A stretch of 50,137 nucleotides of DNA from an uncultured Gammaproteobacteria bacterium (GCA_964609775.1 CAZSSJ010000005.1:1-50137); one strand, 5' to 3'. Shown: positions 9,192-18,015, counted from the stretch's first letter. Notes: generated from the letters alone by a model not told the origin. Numbers and translations are program-made.

Positions 9192-9674
9192 ATGGAATAT
9201 TTTCTCATTCTGGCCCTGACCCTTCTCGTCTCTCCTTTTGTTCTCAAGCTGGCCTCCTCACAAAGCAAGAAAGCTAAACAAAAAGTTAGATACGTCTACC
9301 TTGCCCTCATCGTTCTCACCCTCCTTCTGGGTTTTCTCAATTGGGAAAAATTTACCACCACCGGTCGCAGTGGTTTTGACCTCGCCTTGGCTTTTCCGCA
9401 AACTTTTCTCTGGGTGTTTTTCCTTATATTGTTCTTACAAGCGGTATTTCTTACCAGCCGTCACCCAAGTCTCGGGAATTTGACTGTCGTCCTCAACTTT
9501 GTCAACACCGTCATCTTTTTTGTCTCCCAAATCACCTTAGGTAGTGTCGCCGGCAAACAGCTCGTCAGTTGGGGAAGCATCCTCGCCGCCTTCCTCATCC
9601 TTGTTGCCAACATCGTCGGCTTGATCTACATTAATAAGGACAAGAACATGCTCGCCAAGTTTCCCTATGCCTAA
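9192..9674 (+). CDS. Integral membrane protein (4-5 TM), unknown function
   Basis: 160-aa hydrophobic ORF. Its stop overlaps the start of the next gene by 8 nt. Confidence 0.6.
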   Translation: MEYFLILALTLLVSPFVLKLASSQSKKAKQKVRYVYLALIVLTLLLGFLNWEKFTTTGRSGFDLALAFPQTFLWVFFLILFLQAVFLTSRHPSLGNLTVVLNFVNTVIFFVSQITLGSVAGKQLVSWGSILAAFLILVANIVGLIYINKDKNMLAKFPYA

Positions 9675-10446
9675 AATTGCTCTTCCTATAGCCATAATAC
9701 TACTAGCGGCTTTCATCCTCTTCGCCGGCCAATCATTTATTAGCACGAGCAAACTACCAAAGGAAAAATCAGGCTACTCTCCAGAACAACAGATCGCCCC
9801 GCCCCTCACTCCCGAGGAAGCTTTAGATAAAGTCAAAAACCTCTCCGCTGTAAAAAAATACCTGACTCAAGTCAAAAGTGGCCGGGTCGACCTAAATGGG
9901 ACCGAAGGAGACGCCTATCTCATCCAAGTCTACGAGATCAAAGACGGCCACACCGCCACCTTCAACTGGTATCGAATCAACAAGACGACCGGGGACATGA
10001 CGGCCGAATTTGAATTCACCGAGGACCTACCGGAGCTCTCACAGACTTATATCCACTCTATGTCCGGCGTCAAATTTAATTATCCCGTTGATTGGAAAAC
10101 GAACGTCAAAACTCAGATTTTTGAAAACGGCGACCTCATTACTGTCGAAAAACTTGGTCCCACCCAAAAGCCCCAGACCGACTTCCATGATGGAGCAAGA
10201 TTTACCATCAGCCTTCCCATCGAAACAAACGCCAGCTTAGAAGACTATCTGACTGACCCCAATCCAATGCTCAAATTCACCACCTTCCCACTCGGCGTCA
10301 ATACCTTTGCCAAAGTCGATGACTACTACTACACCAAGCGAAGCAACCAGATCTATGGTCTCTTTCTTTTTGCGCAAGGCGAGGATAAAGATCTCAATGA
10401 AGCGATCTTGCAAGAGATCCTGGCTTCCTTCACTTTTTTGCCGTAG
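9667..10446 (+). CDS. Membrane-anchored exported protein (distant paralog of the 7705 and 8403 genes)
   Basis: 259 aa. N-terminal TM, FNYPVDWKTN and C-terminal ...ILASFTFLP resemble the PsbP/DcrB-like neighbours. Confidence 0.55.
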   Translation: MPKIALPIAIILLAAFILFAGQSFISTSKLPKEKSGYSPEQQIAPPLTPEEALDKVKNLSAVKKYLTQVKSGRVDLNGTEGDAYLIQVYEIKDGHTATFNWYRINKTTGDMTAEFEFTEDLPELSQTYIHSMSGVKFNYPVDWKTNVKTQIFENGDLITVEKLGPTQKPQTDFHDGARFTISLPIETNASLEDYLTDPNPMLKFTTFPLGVNTFAKVDDYYYTKRSNQIYGLFLFAQGEDKDLNEAILQEILASFTFLP

Positions 10447-11020
10447 TTCTGGTCGCGCCTAAAACTCCACCAAATACATATCTTTGTCGCAACAAACCAA
10501 AAAGTTTGTTGTAATATTCTTCAGTTTTAGGAACATAACCAGGATAACCAGATCTAAGAAGTCTCTCTAGTTCTTTGAAATCTATGTATTTAACCTCGGC
10601 AATTTCGGACTTTTGGAAGTTAATCATGGATGGATTCAGATCAATATGAGCCAAAAAGACATCATCAAATTCGTTATTAAAATATTTTCCATCATTGAGT
10701 ACATCTTTAGACTTTGCAGTAAAAAGTTTTTCCAGTTGTTTGGGTGAAACTTTTATTCCCAATTCCTCCTCAATTTCTCTTATCGCGGCAGTTACTGTAT
10801 CTTCCCCAGCACTAACACGCCCGGCAGCAGAAATGTCCCACATATTAGGGTAGGAGTCCTTGTTAGCAGATCGCTTTTGAATTAGAAGTTGTCCTTTGGA
10901 ATTTACGATCCAAACATGAGCGGCTCGGTGCCAATCACCATCCGAGTGCACTTGTTGCTTCAGTTTGGTTCTGCCAGTCGAATTTCCGTTTTCGTCTAAA
11001 ACATCTAGGAATTCAGCCAT
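10430..11020 (-). CDS. Nudix hydrolase
   Basis: 196 aa. Nudix box GRVSAGEDTVTAAIREIEEELGI. Confidence 0.8.
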   Translation of the reverse strand: MAEFLDVLDENGNSTGRTKLKQQVHSDGDWHRAAHVWIVNSKGQLLIQKRSANKDSYPNMWDISAAGRVSAGEDTVTAAIREIEEELGIKVSPKQLEKLFTAKSKDVLNDGKYFNNEFDDVFLAHIDLNPSMINFQKSEIAEVKYIDFKELERLLRSGYPGYVPKTEEYYNKLFGLLRQRYVFGGVLGATRTTAKK

Positions 11021-11023
11021 AAG

Positions 11024-11431
11024 TCACCTTATTTTTGACAAATCACCATGCAAGATAACAGGATCAATTGTCATGATTTCATCAAGAATGTATTTTTGGT
11101 TTGGAAGAGGATTAAACGCGAAAATCTTTTTCTTTCTGTAGTGAGCAAACCCCATTTCTAGAGAAGTATTCGCGCCGATGTAATTTTCGATATCACCTTT
11201 GGTAATGTTAACTGCCAAGATTGCATCAGATTTCTCTATGTTCCTCATGTGCTCATCTATAAGTTCATATTTCTTTTTAGCCTCTACCCGGCTGATATTG
11301 TCGTCGGACCAATAGTCAACCTCTTTTGCTTTAACGGGCATTAGGACCCTGTGCCCTTTCTTCTTTAAAAACTTCTGGGCCTTGATCATGTCGTCCATGA
11401 ATTTTATGGAACCACAGATGGTAATTGTCAC
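11024..11431 (-). CDS. Nucleoside 2-deoxyribosyltransferase-like protein
   Basis: 135 aa. N-terminal ITICGSIKF and GANTSLEMGFAHYRKKKIF match the NDT/Rcl-type Rossmann-like pattern with a catalytic Glu. GTG start, 3 nt from the Nudix gene. Confidence 0.55.
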   Translation of the reverse strand: MTITICGSIKFMDDMIKAQKFLKKKGHRVLMPVKAKEVDYWSDDNISRVEAKKKYELIDEHMRNIEKSDAILAVNITKGDIENYIGANTSLEMGFAHYRKKKIFAFNPLPNQKYILDEIMTIDPVILHGDLSKIR

Positions 11432-11498
11432 ACTAGAGAGATTTTAGCACCAAGGTTGAGCACTTGACACACCCGATTTTTAGGAGGACACTAAATTC

Positions 11499-12014
11499 AT
11501 GTCTGCTCGATTAGCCCTTGTCCTATTGGTGGTTGTCCTTGGAGGGTTTGGCCTCTACACCATCTCCCAACAAAACTCTATTCCCGCTCCAGCCATTTCT
11601 CCCCCTCAAGAGTCAAGAAACTCTTCTCTACCTGATCTTCCCCAAAGTACTAATTCCGCTAAAAATACCACCTCCTCTTCAGCCAAAGGGGTAATTATTG
11701 TTGAGACCCCCACTAAAGGGCAGGAGATTAAGTCTCCGCTAACGGTCACCGGCCTGGTTTATGGCAACAACGGCACGTTGACTATTAAGCTAAAACAGAA
11801 AGAGAGCGGCATGTATGTCACGCAGGACAAAGTGGTCAAGATTTCCGGAAAATCAGACAACATCACTTTTGCCGAGGCGATCATGTTCGGGCTTCCCGCC
11901 ATGCCCCAGCCGGGAATTTTGGAAGTGGAGTACAAAGACGCCAGTGGCCAGGGACTGGACGACAAAGTGTCCATTGAAGTTAATTTTCCTTCGGACCTGG
12001 GACGAGGAGAGTAG
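11499..12014 (+). CDS. Exported protein with Gmad2-type Ig-like domain
   Basis: 171 aa. Signal anchor, Ser/Pro linker, IIVETPTKGQEIKSPLTVTGLVYGNNGTLTIKL. TTGACA 11464-11469 sits exactly 35 nt upstream of the ATG. Confidence 0.6.
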   Translation: MSARLALVLLVVVLGGFGLYTISQQNSIPAPAISPPQESRNSSLPDLPQSTNSAKNTTSSSAKGVIIVETPTKGQEIKSPLTVTGLVYGNNGTLTIKLKQKESGMYVTQDKVVKISGKSDNITFAEAIMFGLPAMPQPGILEVEYKDASGQGLDDKVSIEVNFPSDLGRGE

Positions 12015-13775
12015 ATGTTGCCTAAAATCATTGTTGCTGTTGCCATCGCCGTCCTGGCGTATTTTGCAATCAACCAGTTCTTTGCTCCAATTGTCATCTC
12101 GAAAGACACAACTCTGGCTGATCTCAAGGTGCCGCAAAATAAATCTTTAATAATTAAAAACGGCGCCAAGATTACCGTTACTGGGAACATCTATGTAGCC
12201 GGAAAGATCGAATCGGAGAAGGATTTAATCATCGTCGCCCAAGGCCCGGTCGAGTTTAGCCCCGAGGCCGAGGTGACCGCCGGCGGCAGTATCCAGTTGG
12301 TTGACAGCGCTGACCACATCGCTACTGGTGAGAAACGTAGCGCGCTTTATGAGGAAACAGCGATGGATACAGACGACGGCAAGTATCGCCTCGGTCCCCT
12401 TCTTCCGGAAGAGGAAGAACCGATTCCTTCTCAACAAAGATTCATCAAGCTTTTAAAGAACAACGGTCTTCCTTACAAAATTGAGGGCAACAAAGTCAAA
12501 TACCAACTGCGCCGAGACCAAGGGCTAAACTTAATCCCGCCTGTTTATGCCGCTGACAAGGCTGATATCATCATCAATGGCCACTGGAGAGTTCCCACAC
12601 CTCCGCCGGGCATAAACCACATCGCCTTTTTTAACTTTCCCGGTCGGTCTGTCGAGCTGAACGGCTCCATCACCGGACCCGATGGCCGCCCAGGAGAAGA
12701 TATCTCCGGTCCCTGCTTTATTGATATTCCGGAAATGGAATATCAGGACGAGAAAAATAACCAGGGCAAAAAGAATCGCGAGAAAGACGCCCTGAGAACT
12801 CGTATCCGCGCGGGCACTGTCATTTTCGGCGATTTCACTCTAAACCTTGGCAGTGGCGGCCGCGGCGGCCATGCCACCACCAGCAAAGATTGCCATCCCG
12901 GCATTGCCATCGCCGGCACCGGCGGCCAGTCGAGTAACCTCAAAGTCACGGCGGAAACAGAGATCATCATTACCAAATCCTTTGTCATTAATCCCGGCCG
13001 CGGCGGACCGGGAGGCAAAGCTACCGCCTATGGCAAAAAGGGCGATCCCGGCAACCCTGGCAAACAGGGTGGTGATGCTCTGGCCCTTGGTGGTTACGGA
13101 GGAGATAACATTAAATCACTCAAGATCGTTGGCGACATTCAGGGATTGGGTAAGCTGGCAATCGGACCTGTCATCGGTGGGGACGGCGGAGACGGCCATG
13201 CTGTCCCGGGTGATGGTGGCGACGGCAACGTTTGTGATGCTCTTGGCGGTGCGCCCGGAGAAGGGTATGGTGAAGGCGGTCTTGGGGGAGTTGGCGAGGT
13301 GACTTTGCCGCCAGGAATTATGCGTACCGGCGGCGGCGATGAAGATGGTCGTGACGGAACAGGCAACACTTCCAAGGCCAAACCCGGCAAAAACGGCCCG
13401 CCCTGCGGCGGGGAAGGCGGGTCTGATGCAAACGACGGTGTCAAAAAAGGTTCCCCAAAGCAGTCTCCTCCTCCGTGGTCGCCACCAGCTATTCCGGCTA
13501 ACAAGGTCGCTCCCAAGGAAACCTCGGGCATTACTTGGGAATTTCTCAATATCGACCAAAATTGGTCTTCGACCAAGACCATAAAACTTGACAACCAACG
13601 AGTTCACCTCATCGTTGCCAGTTCTGGCGATCCGGACATCCGGACTTTCCTGCCGATAAGGCTAGAACTGACCGTGGCTGGCGCCCGTCTGGAATACAAC
13701 CATCTCAGGGGATGCCAACTTGGTTTGCCGCGGGCCAACGGGATGCAGCACCGATGGGCCAACAATGAAGGGTGA
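12015..13775 (+). CDS. Membrane-anchored glycine-rich protein (bactofilin-like N-region plus GGxGG / GGDGGDG repeats)
   Basis: 586 aa. Its ATG abuts the upstream stop. N-terminal TM, beta-helix-like KITVTGNIYVAGKIESEKDLIIVAQGPVEF, then long Gly-rich tracts (GSGGRGGH, GRGGPGGKA, GGDGGDGHAVPGDGGDGN, GEGGLGGVGE). Confidence 0.65.
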   Translation: MLPKIIVAVAIAVLAYFAINQFFAPIVISKDTTLADLKVPQNKSLIIKNGAKITVTGNIYVAGKIESEKDLIIVAQGPVEFSPEAEVTAGGSIQLVDSADHIATGEKRSALYEETAMDTDDGKYRLGPLLPEEEEPIPSQQRFIKLLKNNGLPYKIEGNKVKYQLRRDQGLNLIPPVYAADKADIIINGHWRVPTPPPGINHIAFFNFPGRSVELNGSITGPDGRPGEDISGPCFIDIPEMEYQDEKNNQGKKNREKDALRTRIRAGTVIFGDFTLNLGSGGRGGHATTSKDCHPGIAIAGTGGQSSNLKVTAETEIIITKSFVINPGRGGPGGKATAYGKKGDPGNPGKQGGDALALGGYGGDNIKSLKIVGDIQGLGKLAIGPVIGGDGGDGHAVPGDGGDGNVCDALGGAPGEGYGEGGLGGVGEVTLPPGIMRTGGGDEDGRDGTGNTSKAKPGKNGPPCGGEGGSDANDGVKKGSPKQSPPPWSPPAIPANKVAPKETSGITWEFLNIDQNWSSTKTIKLDNQRVHLIVASSGDPDIRTFLPIRLELTVAGARLEYNHLRGCQLGLPRANGMQHRWANNEG

Positions 13776-13863
13776 GTGGAAGGATAAGAACGTCAAACTT
13801 ACGGCGACGGGTGGCAATGGCCAGACACTTGCAACGCACACCGAATAGTGTCAGACTAAATCT

Positions 13864-14475
13864 ATGATCAAGTATCTAATCGGTCTTGTCGTTATCTCCG
13901 TTATCATCTTTGCTGCCTACCTCTATAAGGGAAGACTCGTCACGACTCCAATCTCTAAAAACACCGTCGTGGAAAAATCAGAAACCGCCAAAATCGACAA
14001 AAACGATCCCAAGTGGCTAGAGAAATACTGTAAGGAAGAAGTCAAAAAGCTCCCACCAGCCCCATTTAAATATACCGGCCTTGAGGGAGATGTTCATATG
14101 CTAGTAATCCCTGATGTTTCCCTAAAAAGTATGATTCCCCAAGACAAGTTCCAACAAGCGACAACTTGTTCTTTGTGGTATAAATTTGACCCAAAGGAAG
14201 CCTATGCTTCTTTGGGTGTGGAGTCCCTCAACGACATTAAATTGACCATCAAATTTGAAGAAAACGCCGATCGTGTCTTTTCGGCGGCAATCGATAAGAG
14301 CTGGCACAAGGAAAAGTCGCTGAGTGACGAGGAGGGTGGTCGACCAAGTTATGGTTATAAGGGCTTCCCGTTAATATTTACCAGGGAAAACACCGATCTA
14401 AATACAGTGGAATTTGCTACTGCTGAATTCGGCGCCAATGAGTTTTTTACAGATTTTGTACTTTACGAGAAATAA
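13864..14475 (+). CDS. Membrane-anchored hypothetical protein
   Basis: 203-aa ORF with an N-terminal TM helix. Confidence 0.55.
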   Translation: MIKYLIGLVVISVIIFAAYLYKGRLVTTPISKNTVVEKSETAKIDKNDPKWLEKYCKEEVKKLPPAPFKYTGLEGDVHMLVIPDVSLKSMIPQDKFQQATTCSLWYKFDPKEAYASLGVESLNDIKLTIKFEENADRVFSAAIDKSWHKEKSLSDEEGGRPSYGYKGFPLIFTRENTDLNTVEFATAEFGANEFFTDFVLYEK

Positions 14476-14483
14476 GCGACGAA

Positions 14484-15167
14484 TTATTCATCCAATCGAT
14501 TGGCTAGGCCGTCTGTTTCACTAGCGATTCGCAGACCATCTACCCGGATTAAATCGCACGCCGTTCCTTTGGCTTTCAAAATCCCGGCCCTTTTAACCTG
14601 ACCAAGCCCCTTATCCAGTCTACACGCTGAAGTTAATTCTACCTCCCGAGTCCCACACTCTTCCGGCTCATTTTTAGTTTCTAGAAAGATTGTAAAACAC
14701 TGACCCTTCCCGGAGATATATCCTTTCGGTCCAGAAATCCCATCATATATTTTCTCATCGTCATAAATTATTTTGACTGCCCCGCCCCTTTGGCCATAGT
14801 ATTGGTATTGGTCGGCGCTTACTTCCCGGCCAACAAGCTGTGATTCTGAATCATAAGTGACTACTAGGCTATCAAACTGATAACTGCCCTCAATATCAGG
14901 CGGGTTATTTCCTCTATAAACTGTCATCCCCGCCTCTTCCACCTTCGCGATATCTGCGCTGTCCAATAATTCTTCCACCGCTTGCGGGTAATCTCTGGCC
15001 GGCTCTTTTACCTCCTCTTTTGTTTCTGTAGCATCTGGCTTAGGAGAAATGGTCTCACTTTTTTGGTTTTTTTCGCTGGCAAAAAAATATCCGCCCACGG
15101 CAACGGCTATCAACATTGTTCCTATTAAAACTACAGGGAGGGAAAACCCACCTTCTCGCCTAGGCAT
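14484..15167 (-). CDS. Membrane-anchored hypothetical protein
   Basis: 227-aa ORF with an N-terminal TM helix and an acidic linker. Confidence 0.55.
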   Translation of the reverse strand: MPRREGGFSLPVVLIGTMLIAVAVGGYFFASEKNQKSETISPKPDATETKEEVKEPARDYPQAVEELLDSADIAKVEEAGMTVYRGNNPPDIEGSYQFDSLVVTYDSESQLVGREVSADQYQYYGQRGGAVKIIYDDEKIYDGISGPKGYISGKGQCFTIFLETKNEPEECGTREVELTSACRLDKGLGQVKRAGILKAKGTACDLIRVDGLRIASETDGLANRLDE

Positions 15168-15224
15168 GGATTAAGATTTGTAATTAGAATATTCCTCTCA
15201 CCAGGCCTCTGTCAACACCTCCAC

Positions 15225-15253
15225 TTGACTCCCAGGAGTAACAAGCCTACAGT
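15225..15253 (+). promoter_or_regulatory. Sigma-70-type promoter, leaderless geometry
   Basis: TTGACT (15225-15230), 17 nt, TACAGT (15248-15253), 6 nt, GTG 15260. Confidence 0.45.
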
Positions 15254-15259
15254 TAAATC

Positions 15260-15571
15260 GTGAATCGCCTCATAGCTGCCCTCATTCTCGGCTTCGTCTC
15301 CTTTTTCTTCACAATCACCGGCCCACTCAGTCTGTTATTGTCAATTCCCGGACTCATTTTGGCTTTTTCCTCTCTCAAATTGCCCGAAAAAGAATTGACC
15401 CTGCCCTTCGGCTACAAAGGAAATTTTGCCGGCAAGACGATCAAAGCTCGCCCATATTTCTCAACGAAATACCTCACATTTGCTGCCATTGGCGTCAACG
15501 CTTTCAGCATCGTCATCGCTCTCCTGGCCACTCTTCCGATTCTCTTCCTTTTCCTAGCCAGCCAGAAGTGA
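15260..15571 (+). CDS. Small integral membrane protein
   Basis: 103-aa hydrophobic ORF (3 TM) with a GTG start. Confidence 0.5.
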   Translation: MNRLIAALILGFVSFFFTITGPLSLLLSIPGLILAFSSLKLPEKELTLPFGYKGNFAGKTIKARPYFSTKYLTFAAIGVNAFSIVIALLATLPILFLFLASQK

Positions 15572-15687
15572 GTTGATTGAAACTTGCCCAAGCCCCCCCG
15601 TGGGAGGCAATCCGGACAGCGCTACCGAAATACGCCAGCTTGCAAAGGGATAATGAATTTCAGCCGGATTACGCCTAATTTTGAGCC

Positions 15688-15716
15688 TTGACACGTCCTC
15701 AGTCGGTAGTTACAAT
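15688..15716 (+). promoter_or_regulatory. Sigma-70-type promoter of the mazEF-like operon
   Basis: TTGACA (15688-15693), 17 nt, TACAAT (15711-15716), 9 nt, ATG 15726. Confidence 0.55.
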
Positions 15717-15725
15717 GTAATTACT

Positions 15726-15965
15726 ATGATAACGACACTTATTCCGATAGGGAACTCCCGGGGAGTTCGAATTCCGAAACCGCTTCTGAATGAAAGCGGC
15801 TTGGAAGACGAGGTCGAACTACAGGTAAAAAAGGGGGAAATAAAAATTGTTACCGCTCCAAAAAAGGGAGTATCAACCGGAGATATTTTAATTCTTTCAG
15901 AAAAAACTCTGGCGGCTGATTGGAACAGACCTGAAGAAGATGAAGCCTGGGCAAATCTACCGTGA
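15726..15965 (+). CDS. mazE: AbrB/MazE-family antitoxin
   Basis: MITTLIPIGNSRGVRIPKPLL is a SpoVT/AbrB swapped-hairpin motif. The ORF track begins upstream at 15681, but the promoter position favours ATG 15726. Confidence 0.8.
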   Translation: MITTLIPIGNSRGVRIPKPLLNESGLEDEVELQVKKGEIKIVTAPKKGVSTGDILILSEKTLAADWNRPEEDEAWANLP

Positions 15966-16297
15966 TCAAAGCCGCTCTAAGTGTCGGAAGCGTGGTTTTA
16001 GTCACTTTCCCCCTTTCTAATCTAAAAGGTCAGAAAATTCGTCCGGCTCTGGTCTTAGCTCAAGTCGAATTTGATAACCTAATTCTCTGTCAAATTACCT
16101 CAAAGCCCTATTCCAGTAAAACTGCGGTCCAGATTGAGTCAGCGGATTTTTCAAAAGGCGGACTGCCGATTGTAAGTTTTGTCAGGCCAGACAAATTATT
16201 TACAGCCGACCAAAGTATAATCCAGGGGACAGCGGGCAAATTGACTGAAGAAAAGAAAAAAATGATTCTAGTGAAGGTCCGTAGACTGTTTACTTAA
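15962..16297 (+). CDS. mazF: MazF/PemK-family toxin endoribonuclease
   Basis: 111 aa. GSVVLVTFP...KIRPALVL...ITS...VRPDKLFT pattern. GTG overlaps the antitoxin stop (GTGA). Confidence 0.8.
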   Translation: MIKAALSVGSVVLVTFPLSNLKGQKIRPALVLAQVEFDNLILCQITSKPYSSKTAVQIESADFSKGGLPIVSFVRPDKLFTADQSIIQGTAGKLTEEKKKMILVKVRRLFT

Positions 16298-16366
16298 CCA
16301 CAGGATTTAATCTATATTGTAATCTGTGGCCAGACAAAACAAGCAAATATTTCCAAAAATTCCAAA

Positions 16367-16636
16367 GTGGCCTTTAATATTTTCGATTCTCATACCAAGA
16401 TAACCGAGCCCAAAGGGGGTGTTCAAGGGCAAGGCGTTTGCACATTAGTTAAATCAATTCCGGAAATAATTAAAGGGCTTCGCCTTTGGCACAGCGCCAA
16501 TCCAGGAATTGAGTCAAGGATCACATTAGATGCTGTGAAGAAAGTGGCAGATACAAAAGTCTATAAAATCCGTCCCACATATATGAAATTTTTTAACAAA
16601 CAGCTTTATTTTACTGCTCGCAGAATATCCCGATGA
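16367..16636 (+). CDS. Hypothetical protein (weak call)
   Basis: 89-aa ORF with a GTG start. No recognisable motif and no obvious promoter or RBS. Confidence 0.25.
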   Translation: MAFNIFDSHTKITEPKGGVQGQGVCTLVKSIPEIIKGLRLWHSANPGIESRITLDAVKKVADTKVYKIRPTYMKFFNKQLYFTARRISR

Positions 16637-16686
16637 ACATCGCGGCGGTTACGCTGGTCAAATAGCTCAATTAGCGCGATTACCGC

Positions 16687-16715
16687 TTGACAACTAACCC
16701 AAATTGTAGTATTAT
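16687..16715 (+). promoter_or_regulatory. Sigma-70-type promoter, leaderless geometry
   Basis: TTGACA (16687-16692), 17 nt, TATTAT (16710-16715), 6 nt, ATG 16722. Confidence 0.55.
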
Positions 16716-16721
16716 GGCTCC

Positions 16722-17855
16722 ATGATTATTCCTCGGGCCCTAAGTGAGAGCGTCATTCACAAACTAAATTCCTCGTCAAAAGGAATAATAATTTATGGCG
16801 CTAGGCAGGTGGGGAAAACTACTTTGGCCAACGAAACTATTGCTAAGCTTGGCCTAAAAACCTTAACAATAAACGGAGACCAAAGTCGCTTCCTAGACAT
16901 TATTTCCAGCCAAGATCTTAATAAATTAAGATCTCTTGTGGAAGGCTACGAACTCCTTTTTGTCGACGAAGCCCAACGAATCCCTGAAATAGGAATCAAT
17001 CTGAAGATTATTCTGGATTCGATCCCCAGCTTAAAGCTGTTAGTTACTGGGTCTTCATCCCTGGATTTAGCCAGCAAAGTGAGTGAGCCTTTAACCGGCC
17101 GCACCTGGAATTACCGCCTCTATCCGATCTCCTTTTTAGAGTTGTCCAGGCTTTACAATCGAGCCGAGCTAGACAACTTCCTCGAAGAGAGGTTAATCTT
17201 CGGGTCCTATCCAGAAATTTTCTCTATCGTTGGTGAGGACCAAAAAGCGGAGTATCTTCAAAATCTAAGCGACGCCTATCTTTATAAAGACTTAATCGAG
17301 TTTGGCAGGATCAAAAATTCCACCAAAATTCGTGACCTTCTAAAGTTACTTGCTTTCCAAGTTGGCTCTCAAGTCTCTCTTTCAGAAATTGGCAGTACGC
17401 TTGGGATCAGTAAAGACACGGTCGGTCGCTACATCGACCTTCTTGAAAAATCATTTATTATTTTTCGCCTGGGGGGCTTAAGTCGGAATTTGCGAAAAGA
17501 GGTCGCCAAGATGGATAAAATTTATTTTTATGATCTAGGGGTACGAAACATTCTCATCGACAACCTCAAACCTCTTAAGGATCGAATTGACGTTGGGCCG
17601 TTATGGGAAAACTTCTTAATCATCGAGAGAATGAAACTTCTTGGCTATAGGCAAGAGCAGGCCTCCGCATATTTTTGGCGAACTTATACCGGGGCAGAAT
17701 TAGACTATGTTGAGGAAAAGGAGGGCCAGCTGACTGGATTTGAACTTAAATTCGGAAACAAAACTGCCAAAGTGCCGTCAACTTGGGCTGCCACGTATGC
17801 AGGATCTGATTACCAATTCATCAACAGAAGTAATTATCTAAATTTTATCCTCTAA
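16722..17855 (+). CDS. AAA-family ATPase with DUF4143 C-terminal domain
   Basis: 377 aa. Walker A GARQVGKTT, Walker B LLFVDEAQ. The C-terminal half matches the AAA_14 + DUF4143 architecture. Confidence 0.8.
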   Translation: MIIPRALSESVIHKLNSSSKGIIIYGARQVGKTTLANETIAKLGLKTLTINGDQSRFLDIISSQDLNKLRSLVEGYELLFVDEAQRIPEIGINLKIILDSIPSLKLLVTGSSSLDLASKVSEPLTGRTWNYRLYPISFLELSRLYNRAELDNFLEERLIFGSYPEIFSIVGEDQKAEYLQNLSDAYLYKDLIEFGRIKNSTKIRDLLKLLAFQVGSQVSLSEIGSTLGISKDTVGRYIDLLEKSFIIFRLGGLSRNLRKEVAKMDKIYFYDLGVRNILIDNLKPLKDRIDVGPLWENFLIIERMKLLGYRQEQASAYFWRTYTGAELDYVEEKEGQLTGFELKFGNKTAKVPSTWAATYAGSDYQFINRSNYLNFIL

Positions 17856-18015
17856 TACGGTTCTTGCTTAGCTCCAATTTCAACCAGCGATTTTTCCCAG
17901 CCGAAAGAAGTTTCCCTGTTTCTTATTGATCGAAATTTGCCCCAAAACCCCAAGCTTTAGTTTGGGGATGAAAGCCCGCTTTAGGCAAGCAAAAGAAAAT
18001 TCTGATCAAGAGAAA

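Noticed and set aside
11482-11487. AGGAGG upstream of the 11499 gene as evidence against leaderless transcription
   Set aside because: Neither accepted nor excluded. It sits inside the 17-nt spacer of a TTGACA/GACACT promoter with the same 35-nt offset as the other leaderless candidates, so this gene could use either mode. It was left out of the high-confidence promoter list.
12743-13607. Multiple long ORFs in other frames and strands (12743-13018, 12847-13302, 13116-13607, 13139-13594, 13339-13584)
   Set aside because: They are a by-product of the GC-rich glycine-codon tract of the 586-aa gene, and their translations are Pro/Ala/Arg low-complexity.
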